From NCBI GenBank assembly GCA_950097015.1, contig CATNEN010000003.1:5642001-5706000 (forward strand): 64,000 nt of DNA. The letters run 5' to 3'. Under the pieces are notes generated by a model. It did not search any database. It worked only from the letters and a program-made list of their open reading frames with translations, and was not told the origin of the DNA. The DNA is from Macrostomum hystrix. Lineage: Eukaryota > Animalia > Platyhelminthes. The translations under genes and the position numbers were made by a program. Numbering within the stretch: the stretch's first letter is position 1; every line of letters begins with the position of its first letter. This document shows, one piece after another, positions 1-12,570 of the stretch.

Positions 1-1189
1 GGCCCATTAGTATGTCCCACAATATCAGGCGGCCGGAGACCATGTAGCTCTGGCTCACGACCGACACGGATGCCACAGTAGGTAGCTGAGGCAGGTTAGA
101 CCAATGGGACCTTAATTGAAGCAGGAACTCATCAGTCAGACCCAGGTCATGCAGGCCATCTTGAAGTTTTCGCAGGTTTTCAGACGGAAGAGTGCTCATG
201 GGTTCGAGAAGACGGCAATGTCTTCGCAGTAGGCTCCTAACAGAGCAGCTGAGAGTCACCTGCAGCCACATGTCGAGGTGCTCGTGCAAGTCGATGCCAA
301 CTAGACAATGTTGCAAAAGAAAGCGACACGCATCAACAGATTCTGCTCTGGCGGCCAAAGCCAAGGGCGTCAAGCGATCGCCAGCGCTTTGGCGGAGGTC
401 CCAGTCAAGTTCAAGGCTCTGTCGGAGCGAAAATTCGTGAACGGCCTTCAGCATCAGGATTTTATTTTCGCGGGCCATGTAGTGAAGTGCCGAGAAGCCA
501 TCGCAGTCGCTGGTATATAGAGCAGCAGTGAAGCATGCCGGAGCCAGCTCGTGTCGGTTCAGCAGGTCGGCCAGCGAATCCAGGATCAAATCCAGGATCC
601 TGCTACTAGATCCAAGTGCACACAGGTGCAGGCAATTCCTTCCGCTAGCGTTGTAGTGAAAGCAGACAAAGCGACTAAATTGAAGATCTAGAAGTTGCTG
701 TGCAACAGCTTCGACTCCGCCAGCAATGGCCAGCATCAGCGCATCATCGCCGCTAGATGTGCGATGAAGAAGGGCTCTGGGATTCCTGCGAGCGGCCAAA
801 TCCAGTAGATGCGCTGCTGCTCTCCATTTGCCTTGAACTAGTGCCGCTTCAATAGGCGTCCGACCTTGGCGATTCAGCACACTAAGCAGCTCTGGCGTCT
901 GCTCCAACAAATTCGTGATGACAGCGACCGAGTTACCATCAGACTCGCTGTAGTTGAAGTAGGCGCACTTCACAGCCAAATAGTAACGCCGCAGCGAATC
1001 CAAATGTTCTCGAAGGAAAATAATCGCGTCGGGTTTATCTGCCACCGTCGCGTTCTGCGCGTCAATCGTTCTGCATTCCATTTTTCTTTTTTCATAACTG
1101 CCGTAGGCTGCAAGCCCTTTCGAAAATTTTGGCAACTGTTCGTATCTTATGGTCACAGAATCAGTTTCGTGCTGTACATGATGAGTCAT
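1..1189 (-). CDS. Ankyrin-repeat protein, 5' part; the ORF runs off the left window edge
   Basis: Manual minus-strand translation is open from ATG 1189 (second ATG 1081) to position 1. It contains ankyrin-like motifs: NRQGRTPIEAALVQG, SGDDALMLAIAGG, SGRNCLHLCALG, DGFSALHYMAREN and RLTPLALAARAE. It is absent from the ORF track because no stop lies inside the window. Confidence 0.75.
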   Translation of the reverse strand, partial: MTHHVQHETDSVTIRYEQLPKFSKGLAAYGSYEKRKMECRTIDAQNATVADKPDAIIFLREHLDSLRRYYLAVKCAYFNYSESDGNSVAVITNLLEQTPELLSVLNRQGRTPIEAALVQGKWRAAAHLLDLAARRNPRALLHRTSSGDDALMLAIAGGVEAVAQQLLDLQFSRFVCFHYNASGRNCLHLCALGSSSRILDLILDSLADLLNRHELAPACFTAALYTSDCDGFSALHYMARENKILMLKAVHEFSLRQSLELDWDLRQSAGDRLTPLALAARAESVDACRFLLQHCLVGIDLHEHLDMWLQVTLSCSVRSLLRRHCRLLEPMSTLPSENLRKLQDGLHDLGLTDEFLLQLRSHWSNLPQLPTVASVSVVSQSYMVSGRLILWDILMG

Positions 1190-1820
1190 GTCTAAGACTT
1201 CCAACACTCCAAATAGCACTCCTAACATGTACCTTAAGAGACTCGGTTGTCGCTCAAACTGATTTCGAGACACGTTGAGGCTATCCCCGCCAACGCGAGA
1301 GAAAATTTTCTAAAATTTGTCTCTAAACTTGCTGGCTCGAAACTCATCTCTATAAATATTTGCATAGCCGACCAAGTGGCAACGTGGCTAGGGGTTTGGA
1401 GTTTTACCCGCGTGTTTACCTATAGCAGGGGTCTGTGCACAATAAAATGTGTTTTTACTTAAAAAAACCCGCGTAACTGTTGATGTTTCACGCGGGTACA
1501 TTAGGTGGAAATCTGAACTTTCTGTAGCGTCCTCTACAAAAAGCTAGAGAAATATAAACTAAACTAACTGCTATACTGTGCAATAGGTTTTTTTTCAACG
1601 TCGTAGGGTACGAAATTTAGGTTGCAGAATCCGCTTCTCATAAAAAATTAAGCTTATATGAGATAGAAAACTGTCTCAACAACACACCACTAATAATGGT
1701 GGTGAGTTGGCAATAATAAATTGTCAGTTATAAATTTTTTTGTACAATTTATATACCACTAATACGCTCGACATCAATACTCATGTGTGTGCTTCATCCT
1801 TCATGACGAAAGAAGTTTAA

Positions 1821-3227
1821 CAGTAGATCTACCAATAAGTTTTCTTTCATTTTTAGTGCTGCACCCGAACGGAACAACGCAAGCACAGGAAACTCAAGAG
1901 CACAGTCCAAATTTTTTTGCACATCTTCTGGAACAACAATCAAGTCGCCAGCTCTACAGAACGCCAAGATATTCAATGTTTCTGGCTAAAAGTTTTCCCA
2001 TTAACGCTAGTCTATTTCTTACACCCCTACGAGCTATACACGAGTTAGCACTGCGCCTCAGTGCGGCATTCCCAGGCCTTCAAAATTTATCAGCATGTCA
2101 CCCGAATCTACCTGCATCATCTCCGTCTTCGGTGGTCACCTACCTTTATCTAGACCAGGGGTCGGCAAACTTATTAGCTAGCGGGCCAAAAAGAGAACCT
2201 AAAAGACGACAGCGGGCCGCGCAGACTGTAGAAATCTAAGAGACATATATCAGAGATAGGGGAGAGATGATAAACAGGAGAGATGAGAGAGAGAAGAGAT
2301 GAGACACGAGAGATGAGACAAAGGAGAGATAAGGTACGGGAGAGACGAGACAATGGCGAGATGAGACACTGGATAGATGAGACACGGGAGAGACGAGACA
2401 TGGGAGAGATGACATACGGGAGAGATGAGACACGGGAGAGATAAGACACAGGAGAGGTGTGACAAAGGAGAGACAAGACACGGGAGAGACGAGACAATGG
2501 AGAGATAAGACACGGGAGAGACGAGACAATGGAGAGATAAGACACGGGAGAGACGAGACAATGGAGAGATAAGACACGGAAGAGATGAGACAATGGAGAG
2601 ATAAGACACGGGGGAGACGAGACAAAGGAGAGACGAGACAATGGAGAGATAAGACACGGGAGAGATAAGACACAGGAGAGGTGAGACAAAGGAGAGACAA
2701 GACACGGGAGAGACGAGACAATGGAGAGATGAGACACGGGAGAGACGAGACAATGGAGAGATGAGACACGGGAGAGACGAGACAATGGAGAGATAAGACA
2801 CGGGAGAGGTGACACACGGGAGAGATGAGACAGGGGGAAAGGCGACACACGGGAGAGATGAGGCAGGGGAAGATGAAACTGTATACAATAGGTGTCGGAA
2901 GGGGCAACGGGCCGGATTTGGGAGCTTTGAGGGCCGCATCTGGCCCGCGGGCCGGAGTTTGCCGACCCCTGATCTAGACGGACTGCTGGACCTTTAAGGG
3001 CCACAACGGGTGGAATAGGGTCACAATGGACACCCTGACGCGAATTTCTCCTATTTCACCGATCAAGCCTAACTATAATTAGGCGCAGCTCAACCACAGG
3101 ACACCATCGCCTAGTCTGTCGATCAATCAGTCACCACCCAACGCTGTTAGCATTCGGGCGCTGGCAAAAAACTCCTTCCTTGGTATATATAAAAACGGGC
3201 GGCAAAATGGCTTGGTATTCCGAACTG
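1821..3227 (+). mobile_element. Non-autonomous DNA element (CAGTAG termini, TTAA target), copy A, interrupted by a hAT MITE
   Basis: Starts ttaa|CAGTAG at 1821. Segments 1855-2155 and 2972-3227 are homologous to 9133-9707 (rc), 24827-25243 (rc) and 60342-60944. Confidence 0.75.
2156..2971 (-). mobile_element. hAT (Charlie/Buster-like) MITE with an internal GGAGAGATGAGACAC-type minisatellite
   Basis: TIR CAGGGGTCGGCAAAC...GTTTGCCGACCCCTG with an 8-bp TSD ATCTAGAC (2148-2155 and 2972-2979). Paralogous host elements have a single, empty ATCTAGAC site (near 60674 and, in rc, near 9358). Confidence 0.92.
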
Positions 3228-4005
3228 CAAAACCCGTTTTTGAAGACTATAGTGAGCTTTGCACTATGATACACGGTACACAAACACACACACGCATAGC
3301 GACAGGTTATGACACTTTGTCCAAGAAAAGCTACCTAAATATGTCAATAGGGTTGCCGAGCTAATCCGGCTTTGCTTACCATCAGGTCCATGTCAAGATG
3401 TTAAGAGATGGTCGTTAGATAAACATAGTATAGACGAGAATCTGAACGGCTTGACAGGGCGACATTTCTTGTACATGTTCGTGCATTTCCATCGCTCAAA
3501 GTTTTCGAAGTCGAATCAAAGAAGTAATCGTTTCTTTTCATTGTTTAAACAAGACCTTAGCATGCATCCCAGTGTTTGCAGTCACTTTCCTGAATTGAGT
3601 AATATTGAGTTAATTTTGCTTAGCTTTTGCTTGGTAACGCAGTAAATATTTCTTTTCTATTTAAGGTACAAAGCAACACCATTGGCTAATAGATGTTAAA
3701 CTTTTTTTTTCTAATTATTTGAGAACAGAGGATTTCAAAGTGTTTAAAATTCAATTCGCACTGTATACTTTAGCACTTGAAAAAGTATCTACAGTAAGGC
3801 ATGCGATTCCAAGGAGTGATGGCACTTGAAAGCAACATATTCAACTAAATGAAAGTCGTTTGCTCAGCACACAACAGCCAATCGGGCTGTGGCCGATATT
3901 TTCTTCAGGGCTAGCGTATTAAGTAAGCAATTCAAGCTAAATTCCTTGCGCTTGTCAGGAAGACAAATCATTCCACGAAAGATTATCGCAAGAGTATTTG
4001 CAGCG

Positions 4006-5968
4006 ATGCGAATCAAAGTGGTGCCCACAAACCCACCAGAACATTGCGCCGAGCCTAGACCCTCTATTGAACAGGAAAGGCGTCTCGACATTCTAGAAAT
4101 TCTGCCAAGTCGCAGAGAATGGCTGGCTTTCGTCAAGTGCATTATGACGGACAATGTCGACGACTTGCGATCGGCCTCGAAGCACCTCAACTGGACGGAC
4201 TTCCTGCAGAGCAGCGACGTCCATGGCTGGTGTTTCGACTGCCATTCTGACTTTCGTCACACTTCCGAGATCGGAAGTTTAAAGCACCCGTTCCCGACCA
4301 ATCCGTTTTTTATCGCCATCTTCTACAATGCCCAGCGCTGCCTTAAGTTCATGCTCGAGTCCGGCGTCGACTTCTCGACAATCAACGACAACGGGTTTAC
4401 GGCGTATCATGTTCTGATGAGCGCGATCCGGTTCTTGATTGATGACAGCGGCGAAAGTGCTACTTGCGTGACCGACGAGTGCAAGGGCCTGATGAATCTG
4501 TTCCACCTGACATTGTTCACTGTGGATCAGCAGCAGCGCATGATGTTGGCTTCCTGCGCAGTAGGAATGAACCCGATGAGCTGGGGAGTGTTTCTTGGCC
4601 TTGCAAACTACGTCGACTATATAATTACATACTATGCTCAAAATACATTTATTTATTCTGAGCCCATCGGACTCAATGAGCGCACAACTTTTGACGTCAC
4701 AATGATGACAGGAGAAAATGATTGTTTTCTGACTAGTCCGATCAGCGTTTTCTTGGATCTCTACCGGCAGGATAATCTAGCAGAAATCAAGGCACTGGGC
4801 GTGTTTCGATCTGGTTGTCTGTGGCGTCGTTGGACGGAGCTGCTGTTTTCACGCAACATATTCATGTGCAGGACATTTCTGTGCACTTCCGTGTTTATGA
4901 CATTTGTAACGCTGATATTCTCAGGCGCTGAGCTCAATGAATTTCTGCGCAGCCAGTGTGCCGGCAATGATCTAGCCATGCCTAGTGGCTTCAAGCTGGT
5001 CTTGTTCAGTTGGATCGCCTCGAACCTATTCGGCATTGCGTTTGCTCTGTATGCCTATAACCGCAAAATGTCTTATCGGTAAGTTGACCAGTCAATTTCC
5101 CACAAAAATAGTTGCTCATTTCGGTAATGTTTCATTTGTTATGAGATATTAATCATTTTTTCGTAGCCGCAAAGTTAACTACCCGCCGAATCCTGGAATG
5201 AACGTCACTGGATCACTCATCTCCTGGATGATGCCCTGTTTGGTTTCGTTTCCCATTTCAATATTTCTGCTGTGGCTCTACATGGATTCAAGGCGCAGCT
5301 GCGCCCTGTTCGGCCAGTTTATCTACCCAGTAAGCGGATGCTGTGTCATGCTGCTCATGCTAGCCTGCGTGTCAAACATCATCTGCTATGCTAGACTATT
5401 AGCTCCGTTGACCACTCTGATGGGCAGCCTGTACAGATGCATCGCCAGTTCGATGCTCTTCACCGTCTTCTACCTGTTGCTGACCTGTGTGTTCGCTCGC
5501 ATGTTCCAATCTAGTTTTGCCTTCTCTCGACTTGGTAATTCATCCGCAACGCGTCCAGACAACATCGAGGAATTTTTCAAGTCGTTCTATAACACCTTTC
5601 TAATTTCCTTGAACATTGTCGATACGAACACTTTTATACCAGCCGTTGACAGAATTGATCTCAACGTAATTCACTTTTTCTACATCCTGTTTGTTCCGGT
5701 TCTGTTCATAAACTTTGTAATCGGAATATTAACTTCAACTGTTGCGTATGTACACGAACATAGCGTGGAGGAGCGCTATCTACTGATGCTGTCTGTAGGC
5801 GAGTTTGCCGAGACTAGCTGCTTCATTGTGCACCGACTCATAGCCAAGCTATGCGGCCCACGACATGTCAAAATTGAAGTCTGTCAACCGATTAGCAAGC
5901 AAAGCCGGCTTATCACGTTGAACTCCGATACAATGACAGCCGTTTTGAGTAATTGCGAAGATCTATAA
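4006..5968 (+). CDS. Divergent TRPV-like ankyrin + multi-TM cation channel; exons 4006-5078 and 5167-5968
   Basis: Ankyrin motifs (TNPFFIAIFYN, NDNGFTAYHVL, GMNPMSWGV), several hydrophobic helices, a pore-like segment and an S6-like FINFVIGILTSTVAYV. The GT-AG intron 5079-5166 joins the two ORFs in frame. Confidence 0.65.
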
Positions 5969-8865
5969 CAATGTAAGAATTATGAGGCCGTATGCCGTTT
6001 GTAACTGACTTTGTTCTCTTAAGACACCTTTTGCTTGAATCTCATAATTAATTTATAGTTTTTGCCTGCAGCAACGAGCAGGTCTCCTTTGTGTGGCTTT
6101 CCGCTTACCTTTCTTAACCAATGTACAGCAGGAGTGTCATTTGTACGAGTTTTCTTTGAATTGCTATTCCGTGCAAACCAAAGATAATGACCATGAATAA
6201 TTCCATGTTTTTTAGTTACTTTAGTGTCGATCACAACGACCATGTATTGATATTGCTATTGATATTTGTTACTATAGAAACGGATAAGAAACCCAATTGC
6301 ATATCTATCTTCAGCACAATTTTTTTTTCGCTTTTTAAGTACATTTTGCACATAATATCACTGGATTTTCAACAGAATTCAACAGTTAAAATATATAACG
6401 TGCAAAAACCTATTTGCTAATCACACAATATACAGCCACCTGCTGTTCTCGGCACAATTACTCTCATAGAATCTGAATTGCATTTCACTGCTTTGATAAA
6501 AAGAAGTGCTGCATGAATGTTTGCTCTCACGCAAAATGTTTGCACTTCAGTGCCAGCGTTTCAAGCATTTCATTGCTATAGCTTGGAAAAGATTTACTTG
6601 TAACTCTTTTAGTAGATCTCTGTACAGGAATGTATGCCTGGTTTTTCTATATTCCATTGTTTGCTTCATGAGTGGAATATTTGCTCGATTCTAGGTAGCA
6701 GAAATGCACAAATTCTCTTTTATTAGCAAGTGGAGTATGAACGAAATTTTTATGGGGTATTTTTTTAATTCTAATTTTCCTAATATTATCCTATGTCCCG
6801 TTCCTCCTCTTGCAATGGCTCACCAAATCACGACCTTGAGTGTCGAATCCCCTCCCGGTCGTGAATAATAGTTTTATGGCTTTTCGCCTGTCAGCACCCA
6901 CCTGCACCCTCCATTCTTGATAATTTATGACCCTTCAAAACTGTCAAACGCTATCACCTCGCTTGCGTCTCCCTCCCTACCTCCCTCTTTCCATTTGTTC
7001 TACCATCACAACTCATATTACACAATCTTTAAATTAATTAAAGAATTAAGTAGACCAGTAGTGGTCCTTGGCGGTTTGTTGCTAATAGAATTGGCTTCAC
7101 GTAAAGCTGGGCAAGGATCCTAACACTGTGTTAAGACAACATTGCATTGTTAGATTTAAAGAAAATTGCATCCATTTAACCTAATGACAGCTCTTAAAGA
7201 ATATAAAGACATAATTATAAAGTCAGTTTTTGTTTTTTTAACTTAGTTTACAACGGGTAAAAAACTGATTTGAAACGATGTAGACAGATTCGCAGCTCGC
7301 AGTAAGAAATATGGAACAACGAGGGTCCGGATTGTCATATTTAAATTTAGCTATGAACAGTTACATTTTTATGCTTAAAGTGTTTGTATAAATGATATAT
7401 TGACAGTGTTAGCCTAAGAAAAAGCGAAGTATGCTATGAAGTTTTTCTTATCTGCTAAATAGAATTTCGCGTTTAAAGAAAATAAAAAACCCATACCCAT
7501 TTCAGTGCTGCCACCTGTGCATGGAAATCTAACCTTTGGCTAGGCCTAGTTTTATAATTCTGAATTAAAATATTTTAATAAGGTAGAAAACATGTATAAA
7601 GAAGACACAGGAGCCTATCTGTCTAGTCTTCCGTGCCAATAAGCGAGTTGCAATTACTGCTTTGTTGTATTGCAATGGTCTGCTAGTTATTTGCATAGTA
7701 CTGTACAATCAAAAATGATAACAAGCACTGCCATAATTGTAACCTTTTTTACTTCTCAGCCAAATTGCTGACTTTGTCATGGCTTGAAGGCCTAGAGCAC
7801 CCAGTTGTAGCCTCCCTGGAACCTGGGGACAGCAGCCTTCATGTTCTGGACCCCAATATGGCCTATATGAAATATTGTGAATAATAAGTGTATTGAATCC
7901 TATTGAACTACCACAATGTGTCAAATTTTTGTTCTAAAACTAAGTTGTACAGTTAGCTGTGATTTTGGAGGTTGCACAATCTATTCCCAGTGGTATTGAT
8001 AAACAGTAGGCCTAGACAAACTGTAGGCCTACTATAGTCATCAGAGATACAATAAGTGAATAACTAAACCTGCATGGTGCCATGGTGGCTGTAGGGACAA
8101 AGGCTTAGCTTTTTTATGGCTGAAGTTTATTATTAAAGATTGTATAGTTCAACATGTTTTTTATTTTGTTGGTCAGTTACATTAGGCCCTATATTTAATT
8201 GAAACACTTAGCTAGGCCTTAGCAATTTAAGAATGATTAGCATGTCTCCGTCTTGGCTTTATGTTCATTGCCACATAACCAGAGTTTGGATAAGAATAAC
8301 ATAATGTAGGGCATACAAAAAGTATCCCAAAACCAATCCTAAAAATATTTTTTTAAAATCAGATTATTAGAAGTAAAATAAACTTTACATTATATTATTA
8401 TACAGAAAAACTATAATATACAGCATTATATATTCTAATCCCTATTAAAATAAGTGTGCAAAAAACCAGCTGATGCATAGCACAGGGTCTAAAATTGAAG
8501 TGCAAAAATGTAGTCATAACATATAATGTTAGGCCCTACCTAACCTTGGTGTCAACCCCAAGAAAGCACTTAGTGCTAATGCTATAGGTGTCAAGGTGTG
8601 GCTGTACTGTACCGTACTATGATATCACTTACATTGACTCTAGAAACATTTAGAAAATTCTCTGGGTGTTAAGACACTTATTGTCAATTTATTCCAATAA
8701 GGGTTATAATATGACACTAACGTTGCTCCATAGCTTTACTTTATCGCTACTTAATAAAATGCAAATATTTCTAATTTCAGCTAGTTTTTAACAACTTTAG
8801 AAGCCTTCTACAAGCTGCAATGTTGGGAAGTGTGTCAATGATAACTTTTTCTAGAGCATAAGTAA

Positions 8866-11137
8866 ATGCAGCTACCTAGATACTATGCTACTGGCCTAAG
8901 CAAATTACTTTCAGCCAAATTCTGGTATCAGTTTTTTTTATTTCAAAAGAGGCATTGTCGACTCTATTTGTTAGTGCCACTAATTATTGCATTTTCCTGT
9001 GGATTTTCTTGTGGCATTTGGATTAAACACAGTAAAATCAACCATTTGGTTTCCAATGCTAATCAGAAGAATCTTCCCATCATCTATGTTGTCACTGCTA
9101 CACACAGGTAAATGTTTCTAGATTTTTATTAACAGTAGGACTGCCAAGCCTTTTTGCCGTCCATTTTTATACCACCGAAGGAGAATTTTTTGGCAGCGCC
9201 TGAATGCTAACAACGTTGGGTGGTGACTGATTGGTTTACAGACGAGCCAATGGTGTCCTGTGGTTGAGGCTTGATGAGTAAAATTGGAGAAATTCGCACC
9301 ATGGTGTCCATAGTGGCCTAGTTCCACCTGTTGTGGCCCTTGAAGGTCCAGGAGTCCGTCTAGATAAAGGTCAGGTGACCACTGAAGATGGAGTTGATGC
9401 AGGCACATGAAGGTGATATGCTGATAAATTTTAAAGGCCTGGCAATGCTGCTCTGAGGCGCAGTGCTAATTCGTGTATAGGGGTGTATGAAATAGACTAG
9501 CGCTACTGGGAAAAATCGGACCTTTGGCCAGAACCATTGAATATCTCGACGCTCTGAAGAGCTGGCGACTTGATTCTTTTTCAGAAGATGCGCAACAAAA
9601 AGTTGTCCCGTGTTCTTCAGTTTCGTGTGCTTGAGTTGCTCCGTTCGGGTGCAGCACAAAAATTGTCACGAGGTTGGGGAATTCTCCCCTTTGGTAGAAC
9701 TCTACTGTTAACTGTATAAAACAGAAATAATTTATTTGGTAGTCAGAATGGCTCGGCATATTAACACTGACAGGAGACCAGAACAGCGAGCTGAGCTAAC
9801 GAGACTCTGCAACACTCTGCATAGAGTGCCAGATATTCACTGGCTAGTTGTAGAAGATTCCAATGCGCCAACAGACATTGTGGCTGACACCCTTGCCGAC
9901 TGTAACCTGCGAGCATACACTCACCTGGCTGTGCTCACACCGCTCAATGAGAAGCCTCAACCGTCTGAGCCGCATTGGTGGCGCCCGAAGGGTGTTCGTC
10001 AGCGCAATCTAGCCTTTCGTTGGCTTCGCGCCGACCCTAATCGAACTGGTATTATGTACATTGCCGACGATGACAATGTCTACGATGTGAGACTATTTGA
10101 CGAGATTAGGGCTACTAGGCAGGTGTCGGTCTGGCCTGTCGCCTTTGCCGGCGGCTTGCCCTACGAAGGCATTCGGTGCGCCAATGGTCGGGTTCTGGTA
10201 GGTTTGATCAATATGTAGTGTTTATGGTAACAATCTGGTGACAATGGTGACAATCTATTGACTATTATAAGTTTGTTTTTGGCAGGCTCCCTTCCCTATG
10301 GTATGTTAATGGCTGGCTACAATCCATTGTTGATAGTGGCCTATAATCCATTGTTGATAGTGGCCTATAATCCATTGTTGGTAGTGGGCTATAATCCATT
10401 GTTGATAGTGGCCTATAATCCATTGTTGATAGTGGCCTATAATGCATTGTTGATAGTGGCCTATAATCCATTGTTGATAGTGGCCTATAATCCATTGTTG
10501 ATAGTGGCCTATAATCCATTGTTGGTAGTGGGCTATAAACCATTGTTGATAGTGGCCTATAATCCATTGTTGATAGTGGCCTATAATCCATTGTTGATAG
10601 TGGCCTATAATCCATTGCTTATTGGGTGTCCGTAGTGGGCTATAATTAATGCCAGCCTAATACCGGATAATCCCAATTCAGGAGATTCAGGAGAGCATGA
10701 TTTATCCCAAAAATGTCATTTCCCGTTTATAGGGCTGGACAGTGGCATTCAAGCCGCACCGACCATTTCCTATTGACATGGCCGGCTTTGCTATCAATTT
10801 AAAATTGTTGCACAATCGACCTTCGGCTGAGCTGTCCTACAATGTCGAAAGAGGTTTCCAGGTTCGTTTCATCATTGAGAACTAATTACACGTTAGTGAT
10901 TGAAATACTCAAAGTAACTAGATGTTTTAAAATCAACATGTCAACTAACCACTTTATTTCTAGGAAAGTATTCTACTCACCGGCCTAGGAATTCGTCAAA
11001 CTGATCTGGAAGCTCGCGCCGATGATTGCAGTCGCATTCTGGTTTGGCACACAAGGACAGCCCCGCCTAAGCTTAACAATGTTGCCCTGCTGGCTCAACG
11101 AGGTCTTACCCTGCCGCCTATTGCTGGTCACGTTTGA
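8866..11137 (+). CDS. B3GAT: Galactosylgalactosylxylosylprotein 3-beta-glucuronosyltransferase (GT43); exons 8866-9107, 9774-10197, 10733-10861, 10964-11137
   Basis: N-terminal TM anchor; motifs IYVVTATHRRPEQRAELTRL, HWLVVED, RQRNLA, YIADDDNVY (DDD), RPFPIDMAGFA, GFQES and LVWHTRT. All splice phases are consistent. Confidence 0.95.
9133..9707 (-). mobile_element. CAGTAG/TTAA element, copy B (complete), in B3GAT intron 1
   Basis: ttaa|CAGTAG...CTACTG|ttaa, with TTAA on both sides (9129-9132 and 9708-9711). Confidence 0.8.
10310..10645. repeat. 24-bp minisatellite in B3GAT intron 2
   Basis: Unit ATAATCCATTGTTGATAGTGGCCT. Confidence 0.95.
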
Positions 11138-11400
11138 TTTGTTATAATTCTCTCCTTGTAAATACGCTTTTTTCAAACACGGAAACTCAATTCCTGCATG
11201 TAATTATTCTTTGTTTTAATATAAGTGTTTTAAAATTTTACTTTTACTTATTACACACTTAAAAAAGTGTTTTTACTGTAAATAATACTTTAATGGCAGT
11301 TGTGCAACTGTTTTGTTATAGTCTTTCTATTTTGTAGCGGCTTTTTTGTTTATTCATATATCTAGTTTATGGAATTTGCGACAACTTTGTTATATTAGTG

Positions 11401-12460
11401 TAATGAGAATCTAGGATTTAGGAACATCAGTGAATGAATGAGAATCTAGGATTTAGGAACATCAGTGAATTAATGAGAGTCTAGGATTTAGGAATATCCG
11501 TGAATGAATGAGAATCTAGGATTTGGGAATATCAGTGAATGAATGAGAATCTAGGATTTAGGAACATCAGTGAATTAATGAGAATCTAGGATTTAGAAAT
11601 ATCCGTGAATGAATGAGAATCTAGGATTTAGGAATATCAGTGAATGAATGAGAATCTAGGATTTAGGAATATCAGTCAATGAATGAGAATCTAGGATTTA
11701 GGAATATCAGTCAATGAATGAGAATCTAGGATTTAGGAATATCAGTCAATGAATGAGAGTCTAGGATTTAGGAATATCAGTGAATGAATGAGAATCTAGG
11801 ATTTAGGAATATCAGTGAATGAAAGAGAATCTAGGATTTAGGAATATCAGTGAATGAATAAGAATCTAGGATTTAGGAATATCAGTGAATGAATAAGAAT
11901 CTAGGATTTAGGAATATCAGTGAATGAATGAGAATCTAGGATTTAGGAATATCAGTCAATGAATGAGAATCTAGGATTTAGGAATATCAGTCAATGAATG
12001 AGAATCTAGGATTTAGGAATATCAGTCAATGAATGAGAATCTAGGATTTAGGAATATCAGTGAATGAATGAGAATCTAGGATTTGGGAATTGATCACTGA
12101 TCAGTGAATGAATGAGAATCTAGGATTTGGGAATTGATCACTGATCAGTGAATGAATGAGAATCTAGGATTTGGGAATTGATCACTGATCAGTGAATAAA
12201 TGAGAATCTAGGATTAGGGAATTGATCACTGATCAGTGAATGAATGAGAATCTAGGATTAGGGAATTGATCACTGATCAGTGAATGAATGAGAATCTAGG
12301 ATTAGGGAATTGATCACTGATCAGTGAATGAATGAGAATCTAGGATTAGGGAATTGATCACTGATCAGTGAATAAATGAGAATCTTAATTTATGAATATG
12401 AGTGAATGAACGAGAATCTTAATTTATGAATATGAGTGAATGAACGAGAATCTTAATTTG
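11401..12460. repeat. 35-bp minisatellite changing to 44-bp units, between B3GAT and the zinc-finger gene
   Basis: Unit GAGAATCTAGGATTTAGGAATATCAGTGAATGAAT; later units gain TGATCACTG. Confidence 0.95.
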
Positions 12461-12570
12461 AGGATTGCAATGAATAATGGGAACATTACGCTGGTATATA
12501 AAATATAAAATTACAATGGTAATAATTAATAAATTATGCTATTTCTTTATTCCAGTAAATTGCAATCAGA

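Noticed and set aside
2174-3004. Overlapping Cys/Leu/Ser-rich ORFs
   Set aside because: They come from the internal repeat of the hAT MITE; there are no transposase motifs.
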